The notes beneath the pieces were generated by a model. The model worked only from the letters and a program-made list of their open reading frames with translations, made no database searches and was not told the DNA's origin. The translations under genes were made by a program, and so were the position numbers. From Nitrospirales bacterium (GTDB taxonomy: Bacteria; Nitrospirota; Nitrospiria; Nitrospirales; UBA8639), in assembly GCA_965203295.1 (NCBI GenBank), contig CBDBCZ010000017.1, forward strand, positions 1,664,001-1,728,000: 64,000 nucleotides of DNA, written 5' to 3'. Below are positions 37,784 through 51,623 of the stretch, piece by piece; the first letter of the stretch is position 1; each line of letters opens with the position of its first letter.

Positions 37784-38614
37784 GCCCGGCATGTCAAACT
37801 GACAGTCACATGACCACAAAGCCCGACACGTCAGACTGACAGTCACATGACAAAGCCAGACACGTCAGACTGACAGTCGCATGACCACAAAGCCCGACAC
37901 GTCAGACTGACAGTCGCATGACCACAAAGCCCGACACGTCAGACTGACAGTCGCATGACCACAAAGCCCGACACGTCAGACTGACAGTCGCATGACCACA
38001 GAGCCCGACACGTCAGACTGACAGTCGCATGACCACAAAGCCCGACACGTCAGACTGACAGTCGCATGACCACAGAGCCCGACACGTCAGACTGACAGTC
38101 GCATGACCACAGAGCCCGACACGTCAGACTGACAGTCGCATGACCACAGAGCCCGACACGTCAGACTGACAGTCGCATGACCACAGAGCCCGACACGTCA
38201 GACTGACAGTCGCATGACCACAGAGCCCGACACGTCAGACTGACAGTCGCATGACCACAAAGCCCGACACGTCAGACTGACAGTCGCATGACCACAAAGC
38301 CCGACACGTCAGACTGACAGTCGCATGACCACAAAGCCCGACACATCAGACTGACAGTCGCATGACCACAAAGCCCGACACGTCAGACTGACAGTCGCAT
38401 GACCACAGAGCCCGACACGTCAGACTGACAGTCGCATGACCACAGAGCCCGACACGTCAGACTGACAGTCGCATGACCACAGAGCCCGACACGTCAGACT
38501 GACAGTCGCATGACCACAGAGCCCGACACGTCAGACTGACAGTCGCATGACCACAAAGGCCGACACGTCAGACTGACAGTCACATGACCACAAAGGCCGA
38601 CATGTCAGACTGAC
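37784..38614. repeat. 37-bp minisatellite, ~22 copies
   Basis: Unit ACCACA(A/G)AGCCCGACACGTCAGACTGACAGTCGCATG. Confidence 0.97.
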
Positions 38615-39208
38615 ACACAACAGTACACAATGACCATGCATAATAACCCTACTGACAATTAAATGAGAAATTACCATAAACATAGTGCATCAAACTATCA
38701 GACATGCGGTAACACAAACATAAAGCCTCCTGCCAGTCTATTAATGAGAAGATGTAATAATTTTTTATCAGCGCTAACTATTAACTTTAGGATGGTCACC
38801 CCTGCTTGGCCTAGTGCGCGAGTGCGCATGCACTAATAATTCCCATGGCTCTACATGTACACTTCCTGCCGGAGCAATAGCTCCATGCGCATTCTACTTG
38901 AAATATGCCACACTCATTTTCCGTAGTAGACAAGAGCAAGTAAAAACAACACTAACGTAACCAAACTACTTATTTTACACATCTAACCTTACATATCAAC
39001 ATAAATGCTTGAGTCCTGGGTCGTTCAGGCATTCCGTGCTCACGATCTCCGAGACAATAGTATTTCTTTACGTAATTGTAACGTAACGTTCACTGCATCT
39101 GATTGGCTACCGTGCATTGCGGTTAGAAACTGGCGGGCAGAATTTAATTCGTAGATCAGTTCGAACTGTCAGCTCATATAGCCTTAGCCACTTTTCGCAT
39201 GTAGAGAG

Positions 39209-40580
39209 ATGAATATGTCATCGTCATTTTCGAGATCTCGCGGTACCCCGACTCAAGGGCCCACCACGACAACTCTGCTTGCAGAACAGGCTCGACGGAG
39301 TAGAATTGATGAAAAACTGGACTCCCTAGCAAATATGCAACTAACGGAGTCACATGGGGTGAAAGCTTTGCAGACAGACCTGCAGTCGATTCGAGATGAG
39401 CTATCCACTTTAAAGCAACAGGTTCAACAGCAAGGTGAAAGGAATGTATCTGGAGGAGCATTTAGGGCAAGAAAACTTCCATCACGACTGTGTGTGAGTT
39501 AATTAGTTTAGCAAATTCTCTAACCAGTATCCATCTTTATCCTTCTCTATGTGCAGGCAAAAGTGAAAACTCTACATGACAGTTTAGAGAATCGTTTTGA
39601 TCCTTCTCAGTCGTAAGTATACTCTGTCGTGCAGTATAACATAGTTACTAACATTTCTTGTGTGTTTATTAGGTACGAAGCAGAGTGCAACCAAGTCATT
39701 GCCTGTGAAATTATTTCTCAAATAACTGAAGACGACGGGGAAAATTTTGAGGAATATGAAATCAAACGTAAGTTGTATTCAGTGCCATGCTATAGCATAC
39801 GTCTAGCTTAAATTTCAAAAGCTTCAACTGACTTAATACTTTGTTTTCAGGTGCTACCTATCGCTATTATGAATCTAGAAGGAAGCTGTATAACGATTCT
39901 CAACCGAGAAGAATGCAGAAAGCCATAGAAAACAAATTGAAGACCAGGAAAACCCAGTAAGGTTGTGTATAATCAAAGCAAGGGATATTTGGCAGTGTAT
40001 TAATTCTGATGGTATTTTTTTGGTGATCTGCAGTTGTTCCAGCGCCGTACAAAGGTGGTCCTGCAGCAAGAAGCCCAGATCTGGAGCCACCTAACCTTTC
40101 ACTGTATGAGTGAAGAAAGCGATAATGATGAGGGTACAAAAACCCGTCATACACCAAACTGGCGATCACAAAGTAAGTATAGTTTGAGTTAGGTTAGAGT
40201 TCATATTATATGCTGAAGGAGTGCTTCTTTAATTTATCAGTTTTTTTTTCTTTTTAGAATTCAATCAATTTATCTCCAAACTGGACAGCAGATTTGCTAA
40301 AAAGCAAACTGTACGGTCAATAGAGCGGGTATATGGGGAAATACTTGACTGCTCTCCACCGAAACGGCTACCGAGGTGGATGATTGAACAGCACAGTGAC
40401 TGTCTACCAGATCGAGAACCAGCCCCTGTCCATTCCACTCCAATTCCCAGTCGGAGTTGGGCCACAACACCACCTCAACTTCATTCTATATGCCAGAACT
40501 TTCACATACACAGTATAGAAATTCTATGTATGAGTTTGACCTGCCTGATCCACGTACATGTAGTCACAGTCAGGATATAG
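39209..40580 (+). CDS. Six-exon C14orf93/DUF4616-like gene (probable lesion near 39955)
   Basis: Exons 39209-39493, 39557-39612, 39673-39767, 39851-~39961, 40034-40172, 40258-40580; coiled coil, YRYYES, MSEESD..HTPNWRS..FISKLDSR motifs. Confidence 0.65.
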
Positions 40581-41049
40581 TTTCGGATGAAGACTCTCCT
40601 TTTAGTGTTGACTTATCATATTAATCTTGTAGCGTTCTGTAACTGCATTGTTGTTTTTTTCTTGTTATTGATACCACTATATTCGTGTCGATTTTCCGTG
40701 AGCGCTAGCGCTGGGCGTAATTATTAAAGCTGGTTATCGAAATATTTCATAATGAAAGAATACGGACTAATAATGCAGCGCACGGTACGGTAATATACGT
40801 ATTGTTAGGGCAGCTAGACGGGAGGCAACACGGCTGCAGACGATATTATGCACGGTATGCCCGATTAGCTCCTGTCCACGAAGTGGTCCGGATGCGGTGC
40901 TAGACGGAACCGCGTGCTGAAGAAGGCGGGGTGCCGGTATTCCCCCGCCCGCAGGTGAACTCGGGACTGTGTACGGGAGTGTACGTTGCCGTCTCCTCCG
41001 CAGGTGAACTCGGGACTATGTACAGGAGTGTACGTTGTCGCCTCCTACC

Positions 41050-44000
41050 ACTGTTACTGCTGTGACACCTTCAATGCACAGGATATGCCAGTTTTGTCAC
41101 CATCGAAGAGCGATCCACAACACGGGGGAGCTACGACATGCACCAAAGTATTTGGTTGTTGTGTTAAAGCGAACCCAGAGGAGGATTGGGGTTGGTGGTT
41201 CATATTTTAACCACAAGTCAAACAGACGAGTTGTTTTAGACCAGTAAGTGCGTTATAATGCATAACATCGCATAAGCATAAGTGGGTTGCTTTCAAATTC
41301 ATAGGACAATAGAAGTGCATGTGAACGAAGTAAATGAAGAGTTTGATGTTCACCCAGATTTTCAGATGTGTTACAGCCTTCAATCCGTAGTGGTAAGTAC
41401 ATTGAAAACTTATTCTCTCAAGTATGGATGATAGTATATCATGATCAGTACCAAATCCACTTTGTGAATAGATTCACCATGGAACTACTTCTCAAGGAGG
41501 TCACTGTAAGTGCGCACAATTATGTCATTGAGATATTTTTGGTAATAACGCTGATGCTGAACGAATTACTGCTAAACAGCCAGCATTTCAAAACTGAGTT
41601 ACAAGTTCAAAACTTATTTCATCTGTGTAATCTTTATAACTGGGCTATATTGTAATGGTGGAATGTTCTTAGGGTGAGCAATGCCCACACTTTCCAGATA
41701 TGATTGTAGACCATTACAGTCATCCTGTCTCATTTATCATATTCAAACTTATACTATACCTCACTGAAATACTGCAGCCTGATTGGTTGCTTATGGGTAT
41801 TTAAATCTCTTATTACCCTATGGTTTCACTTATTACCCTGTGATTACACTTATTACACCTGCAATTGTGAACTGAAAAACCAGCCCCACCCCCACGGTTT
41901 GCGCCACCTATGTCCGACAATGAAGTGCAACGAGTAAAAAAGGCTGCTGTGCCTAAAACTAAAACAACGCTTCTCAGGCAGTGGGGGTAGTATTCACAAA
42001 GAGGGGGTCACCCCTCATAGAGAGACACAAGTTGGTGCATCAACCTATGGAAGGAGTGGAGGGATGACAGAAATAGCAGGTCAGAGGAGCAGATTCCCTC
42101 AGATATTCAACCTGCTATTTCTGTCATCCCTCCACTCCTTCCATAGGTTGATGCACCAACTTGTGTCTCTCTGCGTTGTTTTAGGCACAGCAGCCTTTTT
42201 TACTTGTTGCACTTCATTGTCGGACATAGGTGGCGCAAACTGTGGGGGTGGGGCTGGTTTTTCGCACTCGACGTCGACCAAAAACGCCTCCATGATGTCA
42301 TGGGGCGGGGCGTTTATTTACTGACAGGAAGTTGTAGATCATGTTTCATATACTCCAGCCCTCAGGGCAATATATAACATACAGCACATCAGTCAGTTGC
42401 CGTATACATGCATGCAGTCACTATATAGCATAGCGCGAGAGCCACTTGTTCAATATGGGGGCGTCTCCCGATGAGAGTAGCTAAAGCAGAGGGAGGAGCT
42501 GGGTCGTGGGGGAGGCGCTTATTACGCCACATCCGCCACGAGTTTCTCGGCCCATAGATAATAGAGCAAAACCTATTATCTATGCTCGGCCTCATCATCG
42601 TCTGTTAGAAGGGACGCGAAGCATTCCGTCCACTCAAGACAAGTCGGAGAACCGCACAGAGCGATACTGTAGTACTGTAGCTACTAGCTAAGCGTCGGTT
42701 ACCATGGACCCAAAGAACCAATCCGCTTAAGAATATAACATAAACCGCGGTTTATCTATTAAATACGATGAAACCCTCGGGGCCTACTGTATTTAGATCC
42801 CGGGCGTGCGTCTATACAGTTTCCGCGGGGCTCTAAATACCGTAGACCCCTCGGTTTCATCGTATAACCTATATTTAGATACTACAATGGCTGTTACAAG
42901 TACAGGCACCTACCACTATTATGATGATACTAAGATACTAGGTGAATGCAAAGCATTGTGGGGCGAGCGTGAGCGAGGTATTAGCCCATGCGTACGTTAG
43001 CGGCGACGCACCCTCAGCAGCTCTTTTGGCTCCTCTCATCTCAGTGTCACTGTCGGTGGCCTGGAGAAATGACAACTCTTCTGGCTCTAGAACTCGCTCT
43101 CTGCTGTTCCAATGTGACTTATCGCCAACCTGGGGATATATACGGCAACGCTGTAGCCTTTGCCGCTGCCGTCTACTCTGTGAGAGCATCCCTAAGCTAG
43201 CTGCACTGCAGCCACCGTGGCCACGTGAACAATTTGGAATATTACGGAACTATTTGAAACGTTATATTGAAACGCGAAACGATATGCGGTATGTGCGTAA
43301 GTCCACAGACTTTCGATCTCTCTGTGGAAGGGCAATGCCTCCATGTGGATCCAGAGGACCCCTACCCAGTCTGCCTGGGTGGGCGGGGTCATTTAGTTTA
43401 GCTTTCTGTGGTACTGTTTTGTAATGCGTCATTGTGTTTATTATTAACGTACGTACACCGTACACACAGACAAATTCTCCATTAAGAACACGCTAGTGTG
43501 GGGCTCGCTCACGCTCGCCCAATGACGATGTTATAGACACTATAGGTATGTGCAGGTAAGCTGTAGCATACAAGTAGAATTCACTTGAGCAATGTTGAAT
43601 AATACAACATCATGTTCCATATCACATATCACCATAAAAAAATGCAGTCATACTTTTGTATCGAAGTTCAGCTCAACAGGTATTATCATAAAGAAATTTA
43701 AATAATGTTTAAGAGACGTGATTCTTCACTGATGGATGACCTGCGATACAGGTACATGTTTTAAACAGAGGTGGCTGTACATCCAGCCATGAACCTCAGG
43801 CAGAAAAAATGACCATGGTAGGAATGATCAATAATACATACACTCATAACTATAACTATTTATTGTAAAACACATGACAAATGTACAGGTGTACAGACTA
43901 CAAGTACCTCCAGAAGTCATGCAACAGGTATAAGCTAATGCGATAAAAATATGTTAATGCTGGGTTCAAAGTTGAAAACTATATTGATGCAGGCTAATGA

Positions 44001-46940
44001 AAGTGGTTTACACCCAGACAGCAGCCTGAAAGCACAGCACATTCCAACACTAACTAGCACTCTGATGCCTGGACAATGGATGGATGGTGTGGTAAGCTAC
44101 TGCTTATGTACTATCACACAAAGTGTGCATTTATCAGACAACACCAACTCTTAAATGCAGGTTGTCCAGAGCTATCTCAATCTTGTGGCAACAATAAATA
44201 CAACAGCAAGTGTACGTAGTTAGCGTTAGTAGTGCTGTTTTAGTATGGCTTTGGTAAAAAAAGTAAATTTGTTGTAGTAGTTAATGTAGCTAACCAACTA
44301 AAATGAAAAGGGGCTATGAAAATACTTTTACTAGAAGTTAACCATGCATAACTAAATGGGTTGATTTGGCAAAAAAAGAATTTAGCTTAGCAATAGTTTA
44401 TTGAAGTTGTAGTTTTCTGCTCATACTAAAACACTTATTGCTATAACCATAATAGTGTGTAATTTTAACATCTGTGGTTTTCGTACATGTAGGACACAAC
44501 CAGTATCTTCCCTGTCACTACATTCTTGTTAACACAACTGACATACAAGGGATACTTGGCATCTGAGCGTTACATGCAGCATGCAGGTATGTTGCATCAC
44601 TTCTTTGCTTTGCTCACAATACGTTCAACACCTCCACGTACTCATATATAGGAGAATATATTCATGAAGGACATGCTCCTAATTCCTTGGAATTCTTGCA
44701 ACAACCACTGGGCACTGTTGGTAAGTTAAACCCAGGTGCATCACGTACATGTAGCTACCTGACTTTACCAATGCATCCACATAGGTTGTGAAGCCCAAAG
44801 AAAAGCATATACTCTACCTCGATTCAATGCATCCCGTTGATGATAAGGTGGAAAATCTACTATGGTAAGAGTGTAGGAGAAGTGGCTGACGGGTACTACA
44901 AAAAACAACAACAACTTAAGCTGTCTAAATTGTCTTCAAACTATACAGGTATTTTCTGTGTACGTATGCCAAAACAGTCAAAACTGAGGATGAGTGGAAG
45001 AGATATTCATCTTCGGTACACTGCAAAAATGCCAGCGCCGAAACAGCACGCAGACAAGCCGAGCATGCGTGTTGTTCCTCAGATCTCGTGTTGAAACGGC
45101 ACATCGCCCGATACGCGAGTGTTGCATCAACCCTCCGTGTGGAATTAACACATCGCTATGTGCTAAAAAGCTGTAGGGGTGGAGCTAGTCTCGTGCCCAG
45201 ACCTTGGCTCCTCCCCATAATCGTATCCCGAGGGGAGGAGCCGAAATGTAGCTCAAAAATTTGATAATTAGCGCAGGTACTCTTCCTTTCTTTTTTGCAG
45301 CTGTGTTCTCTTTGGCCTGGGCAATTTCTACTCTCGCGCAAATGTAATGTATCCACTCACAGTCGCCTACGGACCAATCCACTATTCTTCTCATCTATCG
45401 CGCCTTCTGAACAGCCTCTTCAACAAAGACAGCAACCTTCAGTGATGCTCCACGTATTAATTTCCGCCACATTTGCGGACTTACACCCAACAGTTCTCCC
45501 TGAAGACTCAACTTTGTGTTCACACCAGTGAAGAACTGTATCGTGTTCTAAATACCTAGAGTCCTTCGTGCAGTCAGCCCATTTAACCACACTCCCTTCC
45601 ATACCCATAGCGATGTTTTTGATCTGGAAAGCTAGTACATACATGACATACAAAACCAAAAAAGAAAAATAGTTCATCAACACAGACACTGCTAATGAGT
45701 GTACATCAGAATTTGGAGAGGATGTCTGCCACACGACCAGTGACCATCCTTAATGAGAGTCACTATCCAGTCACCTGTTACTGTACTATGATGTGTGTGT
45801 GTGTGTGTGTGTGTGTGCGCGTATTGAAGTACCTACAATTACCTAAATGTAATTGGGTACGATGCCCTGCCTTGTGAAACCCTAATGGAGATATTCAGGG
45901 CAAACCTTGCTAGTATGAATCAGATCATACCCAATAGTCATGAAACAGTTACATTAACTGAGGCTTTAGTGTTGACGAGGCAGCAAATGCTAATTTACTC
46001 CTATTGTCCTTATTATTCAAGGTAGAAGCAATCTATCCTCTTAGAGCACCAGGTTCAGATATTATGATGGTTAATCCTGCTATTGTGATTCAGACCATGC
46101 CCAATAATCAGGAAACATGATTGGTGAGGGGATCAAAGGTGTTAGTAGGTGTGGCTAGCAAGCATTATTCTATTACAGGTCAAGTCTTGCTTTCAAAGTC
46201 TAATTGGCTATAATTCCTGGCCTTATGGAGCCAAAATGGGAGATATTCAGGGCAAACCTTGCTAGTATGAATCAGATCATACCCAATAGTCAGGAAACAG
46301 TTTTGAAAATCACATTGACTGAGGCTTTAGTGTTGACGAGGCAGCAAATGCTAATTTACCCCTATTGTCCTTATTATTCAAGGTAGAAGCAATCTATCCT
46401 CTTAGAGCACCAGGTTCAGATATTATGATGGTTAATCTTGCTATCGTGATTCAGTCCATGCCCAATAGTCAGAAAACATGATTGGTGAGGGGGTGTACTA
46501 CAATATTAATGCACGATCTCTATTATTCATGCATCATCATTCATGCATCATCATTCCACATTAAGATGTGTAGAATGCCAAGGCAACTTAATGGCTGGGA
46601 GTGTGGAGTGTTTACATGCATGGTAACTACAAAATGAATTTCTATGCACTTTACTAGGCATTGTATCTATGCACACATACGAAGGCTGCAAGGTATACAG
46701 CTGAAAAGAGACAGCTAACCTTCTCACAGGTATAAAAGTACTGAGTAGAAATTGTATTGAAAATAACAGTGATACATATCTCCATAGGAGGATATGATAT
46801 ATGCCAGGCAGAGAATCCGAACAGAACTTCTTATGGGCAGGCTTCTTCCGCTTGAACTGATGACAGCTACAGAAATTCAGAAGCGAAAAAGCATTGAAGA
46901 ATTAATTATGGATATGGTAGGATGTAGACCACGTAATTGA
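41050..46940 (+). CDS. Multi-exon USP (peptidase C19) C-terminal half fused to a Ulp1/SENP (C48) protease; disrupted by insertions, USP Cys box not found
   Basis: Phase-compatible exons give CQFC..APKYLVVVLKR, YSLQSVV|IHHGTTSQGGH|YTTMAV..YYDDTK, ILLYR, then GQWMD, LLIPW..NNHWAL, YLDS, PRQLNGWECGVFTC, FSQ|EDM..R..I..EL. Confidence 0.8.
41750..42380. mobile_element. Crypton (DUF3504-type tyrosine recombinase) 5' fragment, present as an inverted duplication
   Basis: ORF 42099-42293 QFAPPMSDNEVQQVKKAAVPKTTQRDTSWCINLWKEW resembles Crypton/KCTD1/ZMYM N-terminus; inverted copy 41873-42080. Confidence 0.65.
42937..43523 (-). mobile_element. Helentron/Helitron2-like element (copy 2), inserted in a USP exon
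   Basis: Near identical to 348-793. Confidence 0.7.
45884..46492. repeat. Direct duplication of ~250 bp in an intron of the Ulp1 part
   Basis: 45884-46130 matches 46236-46492. Confidence 0.9.
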
Positions 46941-47239
46941 ATATTACAACACAAATCGGTAAATTAAGCCTTCACTAATTCTTAATGAACCATTATTCTA
47001 TCTGTAACCCACTCTAAACAGATGCACAGATAATACACACAGTAACACTGATTCTTAACTGGACAGCTACACTACTAGAAATAAAACTACTACATATACT
47101 CCCCAATGCAAACGGTCAATTAAACGAAAGGGCTTGGAAGCTATGTGTACAGTTGGATAATCTAAGGCTGATAACAAGCAAAAAAAAGGAGATGCTCGAT
47201 ATTTACATCACATTGGTGACGTTAATCTTCCGGAAAAGA

Positions 47240-47850
47240 TGGCTTTTGACGATAGGGCTGGGAAACTACACTCGGACAATGTGAGGCTGATAGCTAGAAT
47301 GAAAGGGGAGGCCCCTAACACCACCCTGGCCATATTAACTGCCCAGCCCAAGCCTTATAGTGCAGCTTTGGACGATAGGGCTGGGAAACTACAATCGGAT
47401 AATGTGAGGCTGATAGCTGGAATGAAAGGGGAGGTCCCTACCACCACCCTGGCCATATTAATTACCCAGCCCAAACCTTATAGTGTAGCTTTTGACGATA
47501 GGGCTGGGAAACTACACTCGGACAATGTGAGGCTGATAGCTAGAATGAAAGGGGAGGCCCCTAACACCACCCTGGCCATATTAACTGCCCAGCCCAAACA
47601 TTATAGTGTAGCTTTTGACGATAGGGCTGGGAAACTACACTCGGACAATGTGAGGCTGATAGCTGGAATGAAAGGGGAGGTCCCTACCACCTCCCTGGCC
47701 ATATTAACTGCCCAGCCCAAACATTATAGCTAGTGTAGCTTTTGACGATAGGGCTGGGAAACTACACTCGGACAATGTGAGGCTGATAGCTAGAATGAAA
47801 GGGGAGGCCCCTAGCATCACTGTGGCCGTGTTGGTTTCCCAGCTCAAACA
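47240..47850. repeat. 123-bp tandem repeat, ~5 copies, alternating variants
   Basis: GATAGGGCTGGG at 47251, 47374, 47497, 47620, 47747. Confidence 0.95.
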
Positions 47851-50800
47851 TCACTCAGTTGATGGTAGAGGTCGAGGAATCTCATATGAACTGCCTACCT
47901 GTATAGAATTCCAACTTGAGCCCAATTGTCAGTCCAGACTTTTCGTGTCGCAAAATTAAATGCGCATGCTTTTTGACACGCCGTATTCTCCGTAAACTCG
48001 TACGTGTCGGAATGTGCGGCGATAGCTTGCATATTCGCCAGTATGGCAATTCCCCAGACCACCTTCCCTTTAAGCGGAAGTGGGCTGGCCCGCGAGACTA
48101 CTACTGTACGGAGAATGAAAGAAAGTCAGAGCCCGTAGCTTGTCAGCCTTGGAAGCCAGCTCATTGAATTTGTCAGGTAAGCTTATGGTACCGGTAAATC
48201 AGCATGCAGGCGTATTTTTGTAGAGCTGAACGAGATACTATTTCGGTATAATTTGCAACTGAAAACAGCGCCCAGGCCCTATGGCATTGTCTATGCATAA
48301 GTGTATTGCCAAGAACTGAGTAGTGGGGGTATTTCAGTATGTACATGTACATAATGTCAGGGTTAGGGTAAGGGTTAGAGTTAGGGATATATATATATAT
48401 AGGTTATTCCATTTAATAAGCATACATCCCCTATGGATTAGCATTGATTATGTAGGGGGGGGGGGGGCAGCAGGGACCACTATATTCATTATGTTCGGGG
48501 GGGGGGGGGGGGGGGGGGGGGGGAGTGGACACCCTACTAATTTTGTCAGGGGGGAGCAAATTAAGTCACAAGTGATGTACTGCCGGCTGAGTTTGTCTAG
48601 GGGGGATACTTTTGCCAACTGATCATCCACACGGTATTAAATGGAATAGGGTTCAGTTTATGGTGTGTATGGTAAGGACGGTAGGAGATAATGGGATAGT
48701 GAGGTAGTGAGAACACTACTCCACTACCTCACTACTCCACTACCTCACTTCTCCACTACCCTACCACCTCACTAATCCACTAACTCCCTATATTTATACC
48801 TCACTACGCCACTATACCACCACCACTATACCCCAATACCTCTCTACCCCACTACCTCCTACCGTCCCTAACATACATCTCATAACCCTATACATGTGTG
48901 GCTACAATTACCTTCCACTACACTCTTACCTTACTGCCTTGGTAGCAGTTAATCACGCTGTTATGAATCAGGTGTGTATAGTAGACGTTAAGAAAATGTT
49001 TACTGAGCATTGTTTCATAACTATGTTTTATGTGAATCATCCAATATGCTCTGATCGATGTTTTCACATGGCTAGTTGAACCATTTCATGCAGCTAGCTA
49101 CTGTACAGTGGTGGTACTGGTTGCACCACCAGTTCACGTAATGCAGCATACGAGAGCATGTTCATATGTAGTCTCGTGGGCTCACAAGACGAGTATTCAT
49201 GAAGCATGAGACTGGCACGTATGTATATATAATACATGGCTAGTAGGTGTATGTGTGACCTAGCGTCGAGATCAAAGGAAGCTTACATCATATAGCCCAA
49301 GGCGCGAAGCGCTGAGGGCTATATGTCATACACTTCTGATGAACGAGGTGTGTGGTCATATATATTGCATATGCACCTATACTAACCATTCTATATCGTA
49401 TATATGCTATAAATGTGCGGGTGGACAGTTAGTGAAAGTTTGAAAAAGAAGTAGGCAAGTCTAGAAGAGTTTCCAAGCTACGTTAATCATGATGGTGCGC
49501 TGGATAGCTTGCTCTAGGACTTTCATCCGCTTATCTCCGGGGCTGATTAGGATGCTCTAGATCTGCAAAGTGTCAAGACAATCTCTGAGCCTGAGCCCAT
49601 CTTCAGACAGCAGAGTGAGCAAAGACCTCTGCGAAGCCGTCTGCTGGCATTGATTCTGCTGGCGTTACGAATCACAGCCTCAGAGCTATAGCCGCTCTGT
49701 AAGCTTATTACCGAACTACATCACTCCAAGATCAAAAGGTGTCAACTCTACTGACGAAACCTGTTGAGCACAGATCCCAATTATATGACCGTGTATCCCT
49801 AAAGACATCAAACCTGAAGTTGAGACGGCTACCTCCATGCATATGGATGATATTTCCCGTCAGTTTAACTTTGCAAATGTGCATGATTGTACCCTTTCTA
49901 GCCTTTGTACTGCTGTGATATTATATATGCATATCTGCTGCCTCTGCTTTTACATTCTCTTTGAATCAACTCATTTCCCATTAACGAAGTGACTAAAATA
50001 TACACTGGTATGTTTATACCTGATTTGTAGCTCAGGAAGCCACACTATCAAAGGCTCCACTAAGATATACAATAACAGCTGTACCACACAGCACAGCTGG
50101 GCAATACTCATATTCCTTAGGATGTGGTTTACAGTTAATTAGGGCTGCTTTTGTGTGATTTCTACTCTGTACGCAGCTGTATATGTGAATTTGTTTTTTT
50201 TTACAGTGACTAAAAAAAACGCAGAAAAAAAAAGCGGAGTCCTCCAGTTTACAGCAGGACCCTTGGTACAAAGCTTGATAGAAGTGGCAAAAGCGTGTAG
50301 CTACAAAACAACACTGTCAACTACTGTGTAGCTAAAAACAGTAAAAACACTCAAGTTGCCTGTCTATCCAAAGCCTAGCGCATTGGAGCGACACTATAGC
50401 GCTATTACAGCACAATCAGTACACTGAGAGCAACACACAGCAACGCAGCAAAACTAGCCAGTGAAACAGCATTAGCTTACTATGTTACTTGCATCGCCTT
50501 CTCACTGACTGTAAGCCAACCTACCTTGATTTTACAAATCAGAAAACACCATAGCGCTTGCCTAAATTCCCTCGCCATGCTCAGCAACCGGGCTCTCAGC
50601 GTTTGTAATGAGTGGAACAGAATCGAGTCATTCAGCATGCTGCACTTTACATCACATGATGGCTGAGGTCCTCGGGCGGTACAACTGACCACATCAGATA
50701 TATTCCGTAATGCCTTAGAAGCCATGGGTTAACCTATACATATACACCTAGTGGTGACTTTGATCCACCCATGCACTATAGAATATGTACAATGCATGAA

Positions 50801-51369
50801 CAAGGCTGAAATGGGAATTGGATTCGCATGTGACATTCCGTATTTCTGTAGGCGGAATGGGATGGAACGTTTTGTTACGTTCCTTTCTGTTCCGGATTCT
50901 AGTAACTGACCAAATTAATTGCTAGCGTTTCGACTGGAGATGCCCCCATATAGATGGTGACATTGCTGTAGTACAATAATTCAATACAACAAATATAAGT
51001 ACGTAGCTCTATAGCCTAACTCTATAAAATGACTTCGTACTGGACCAATATATAGCCTGTTAAATTAGATACATACACCCCCACCGGCTGAAAGTCAGAT
51101 TCTAAGCGTAGTTGGTTGGATTAGGCCGTTGGTTCTCGCATTTGTTGTTTTAGTTATAGCCTCGAACCCAAGCCTTCCTCTCACCCGTAGAATTTTCGTG
51201 AGTGCGTGGAAGGCTTCGGTTCGAGTATTGTAATAAATCCATGTATAGTGTAAACTCCGTAATGCAGTGACCTTTCTGTTTCACGATCGGGACCTAATAT
51301 TGTGGCTGCTTTTACACGGCAAATATTTACTAGGAGCAGAGCGGAGAGTATTAATTAATTTGCATTTGG

Positions 51370-51600
51370 AATGTAATGTATGTGATGTAATGTAATGTAG
51401 TGTAACATGACGTGACGTGCATGACGTGACGTAACGTAGCATAACGTAATGTAACGTAGCGTAACGTAATGTAAGGTAATGTGTAATGTAAGGTAAGGTA
51501 ATGTTATGTAATGTAATGTAAAAATGTATGTAATGTAATGTAATGTAATGATATGTAATGTAATGTAATATAATGTAATGTAATGTTACGTAATGTAATT
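51370..51600. repeat. (TGTAA)n microsatellite
   Basis: Direct observation. Confidence 0.95.
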
Positions 51601-51623
51601 TTCAACCACATATGTCATGCATA

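Noticed and set aside
37784..38614. CRISPR-like 37-bp repeat array
   Set aside because: Head-to-tail units with no spacers, no cas genes, eukaryotic context
40620..41050. USP Cys-box exon or LTR/PBS region
   Set aside because: No GLxNxGNTC-like motif; LTR boundaries not definable
48359..48387. TTAGGG-like repeats as a telomere
   Set aside because: Short, degenerate and interstitial; likely part of a repeat element
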